From: Clostridia bacterium
GTDB lineage: Bacteria > Bacillota > Clostridia > Oscillospirales > CAG-272
Assembly (NCBI GenBank): GCA_017623375.1
Contig: JAGAPH010000032.1
Coordinates: forward strand, 1-49,386
Reading direction: 5' to 3'
Length of the DNA stretch: 49,386 nt
The translations under genes and the position numbers were made by a program. Numbering within the stretch: the stretch's first letter is position 1; every line of letters starts with the position of its first letter. Positions 47,114 to 49,386 of this stretch are shown piece by piece. The notes beneath the pieces are model-generated. The model had not been told where the DNA came from. It saw only the letters and a list, made by a program, of their open reading frames with translations, and searched no databases.

Positions 47114-48643
47114 ATGAAACCACAGTATTTACCTTCTGTTTGCCAAACACATGTAGCGCATTACGAAGGGAAAATAAAGATAGAAAAATCAAAATTACTT
47201 TTGAAAAAGAACGAGGTTGTATCTTTGAGAAAGTTTTGCGATTTGATATCTGCCGATATGCCAGCTCCATTCCGGATTCTTGATGGATATTATGTAGGTT
47301 TCTCAATACCTCAGATAGCTAACGAGTTTGATTTGCTTCGATTCGGAACAGACTATATTGTTAATATTGAGCTAAAAAGCAAGCTCTCTGAAGAAAGCAA
47401 AATTGATACTATTATCACTCAAATGCATAAACAGCATTATTATCTTAAATTCCTTGAAAAGCCGTTAAAGATATATACGTATATTGAGGATGACGGAATC
47501 TATTGTTACGATGCTGAAAATAATTCTGTGGAGAGCATCGACCCCCAACGTTTAGTTGATGTGCTTGTAAGTCAAAATGTAGATTTCGACTTAGATCCGG
47601 ACAAGCTTTTCAAGCCTTCTAACTATCTCGTTTCTCCTTTCAATAAGGTGGATCGTTTTATGTCCGGTGAGTATTTTCTCACTACGGATCAGGCAAAGAA
47701 AAAGAAGGAGATATTAGACTCGATAGATAACAATGAGTATTTGTTCTTCTGCATATCTGCCGATGCAGGTACAGGAAAAACATTGCTTACATACGACATT
47801 GCGAAAACATATCAAGAATGCGGTAAAAAAGTTTTGGTTTTACATTGTGCTAACTTAAACGAGGGACAGTATAGACTAACTTATGACTATCATTGGAATA
47901 TAAAATCAGCAAGTTCTTTAAGATGTTCTGATATAAGTCATGTTGTAAAGGAGCCCGATTTAATTGTCGTTGACGAAGCTCATCGAATATGGAAAAGCCA
48001 ACTTGAAGACTTGGTAACATATGCTAATGAAAAAGGTATCAGTATATTATTTTCGTATGATCCCAAACAGTATTTACGGGATGATGAAACAAAGGAAATC
48101 CATTCATTTCTTATAGAAAATTATCCCGAAAAAGTGGCTGAATTGCGTAGGCTTACAACAAAAATAAGAACGAATAAACGTATGGCATCATTTATACATA
48201 ATATGATGGCCATAGGTAGCAGCCAAGATAACTTAAATTACGATAATATTACAATTGAGTATTTTTCAAAAGTGAAAGATGCGCAAGATTATTTGAATTA
48301 CTTGGATGCTACAGGAAAATGGAAGGCAATAACATTTACTCCGTCACAATATTCCTCTGGATCGGTTAATTCGCTATCCTGCTTGTGTGACGAAAAAGCA
48401 CATGGAGTTATTGGGCAAGAATTTGATAGAGTAGTTTTTGCGATGGATTCAAATTTCAGATATAGTGATAAGAATCGATTGTCAAGTATTTTAAGTAATT
48501 ATTACAGTTTGAAAGGAATGCTATACCAAATTGTAACAAGAGCAGTTGAAGAACTGAAAATTATTGTTATAAACAATCCAGAACTATATCAAAAGTTAAT
48601 ATCGATTAAATATATGGGTGAGCAACCCTTAGTTAAAGAATAG
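47114..48643 (+). CDS. Nuclease plus SF1 (DUF2075-like) helicase, Nhi-like
   Basis: EFDLLRFG...NIELK nuclease motif, then DAGTGKT, VDEAHR, GQEFD and YQIVTRA. Confidence 0.7.
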   Translation: MKPQYLPSVCQTHVAHYEGKIKIEKSKLLLKKNEVVSLRKFCDLISADMPAPFRILDGYYVGFSIPQIANEFDLLRFGTDYIVNIELKSKLSEESKIDTIITQMHKQHYYLKFLEKPLKIYTYIEDDGIYCYDAENNSVESIDPQRLVDVLVSQNVDFDLDPDKLFKPSNYLVSPFNKVDRFMSGEYFLTTDQAKKKKEILDSIDNNEYLFFCISADAGTGKTLLTYDIAKTYQECGKKVLVLHCANLNEGQYRLTYDYHWNIKSASSLRCSDISHVVKEPDLIVVDEAHRIWKSQLEDLVTYANEKGISILFSYDPKQYLRDDETKEIHSFLIENYPEKVAELRRLTTKIRTNKRMASFIHNMMAIGSSQDNLNYDNITIEYFSKVKDAQDYLNYLDATGKWKAITFTPSQYSSGSVNSLSCLCDEKAHGVIGQEFDRVVFAMDSNFRYSDKNRLSSILSNYYSLKGMLYQIVTRAVEELKIIVINNPELYQKLISIKYMGEQPLVKE

Positions 48644-48651
48644 GCAAAAAC

Positions 48652-49038
48652 ATGAAAACTATAGAAAAAAGCTATTCAAAAGAAAGTTTTGAACGTTGGG
48701 GCGACACCTCAGCGTATCGCGAGCTTGAACAGAAAACAAAAAACTACACAAAAGAAAAGTGGTCAGAAGCAAATGACGGCGTAATGGCGATATTTGCTGA
48801 CTTCGCTGTGTGCAAGGAGAGTGACGCAGAGGCTGATTCCAACGAAGCACAGGCGCTTGTTGCCAAGCTTCAGACACACATCACCGACAATTACTACACT
48901 TGCACAGATGAGATTCTTGCAGGTCTTGGCAAGATGTATGTCGCTGACGAGCGATTCAAGGAGAACATCGACAAGTGCGGAGAGGGAACAGCCGAGTTCG
49001 TATCGGATGCGATTACCGCTTACACAAAGAAAATATGA
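48652..49038 (+). CDS. Stand-alone TipAS antibiotic-recognition domain protein
   Basis: ERWGDT..Y.E and YYTCT.EIL.GLG.MYVADERF..NIDK.GEGTAEF motifs; no MerR HTH. Confidence 0.85.
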   Translation: MKTIEKSYSKESFERWGDTSAYRELEQKTKNYTKEKWSEANDGVMAIFADFAVCKESDAEADSNEAQALVAKLQTHITDNYYTCTDEILAGLGKMYVADERFKENIDKCGEGTAEFVSDAITAYTKKI

Positions 49039-49386
49039 ATCACTACCTCAAAAATTTAAACAAGATTGAGTTCATCGTGACCTACGCCTGCACGGGGCGG
49101 TGCAAGCACTGTTCCGAGGGCGATCACACGTCTTGCGGTGAGCGGATCGATCCGCAAATCGCCGCAAATGCGGTGCGTAAGATCACGGCGGAGTACGATA
49201 TCAAAACCGTCATGACATTTGGCGGTGAACCGCTTTTATATGTAGACGCGGTCTGTGCGATCATGACGGCAGCCAAAGAACTGAATATTCCCAAACGCCA
49301 AGTCATAACAAACGGCTATTTTTCAAAGAAAGCCGATAAAATCCGTGAGGTCGCAGAACGACTTGCCGCGTGTGGCGTGAACGATC
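49035..49386 (+). CDS. Radical SAM protein (partial, runs off the window; not in the ORF track)
   Basis: Translates MNHYLKNLNKIEFIVTYACTGRCKHCSEG... (CxxxCxxC) and FGGEP; ATGA overlap with the TipAS gene. Confidence 0.85.
   Translation, partial: MNHYLKNLNKIEFIVTYACTGRCKHCSEGDHTSCGERIDPQIAANAVRKITAEYDIKTVMTFGGEPLLYVDAVCAIMTAAKELNIPKRQVITNGYFSKKADKIREVAERLAACGVND

Larger units (their letters stand above)
35975..48643. mobile_element. Integrative genomic (defence) island; right boundary not determined
   Basis: tRNA remnant, tyrosine integrase, visibly AT-richer DNA, toxin-antitoxin-like and nuclease-helicase cargo. The end coordinate marks only the last AT-rich cargo gene. Confidence 0.7.

Noticed and set aside
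37658-48643. Prophage or complete ICE
   Set aside because: No structural, replication, relaxase or conjugation genes are visible in the window.

Overview
Chromosomal window from a spore-forming Clostridia-like Firmicute, inferred from the spoIIAA-spoIIAB-sigF operon, an L10 leader and sigma-A-type promoters. Bases 1-~35.9 kb are mostly housekeeping: ftsW-murG-ftsQ, pyk, rplJL, rsmA, tRNA-Thr(CGT), NfeD/flotillin, trxA-trxB-ferritin, typA and rimO-pgsA. Accessory pieces in this part are a RAYT transposase with REPs inside its own ORF, ibrAB, a dlt-like acylation operon, AT-rich inserted ORFs and three palindromic elements that share the same ends. From ~35,975 an AT-richer integrative island begins at a degenerate 3' half of tRNA-Pro(GGG), a probable att site. 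It carries an XRE/HipA-like pair, a tyrosine integrase and a co-oriented defence-like run: XRE HTH, frameshifted DUF2075 nuclease-helicase, NUDIX, a 1158-aa SF2 helicase-nuclease plus a 601-aa Argonaute-like partner (best read as DdmD-DdmE), and a second, Nhi-like nuclease-helicase. TipAS and a radical SAM gene follow. The far end of the island is not visible. All family calls come from motif recognition by eye; no searches were run.
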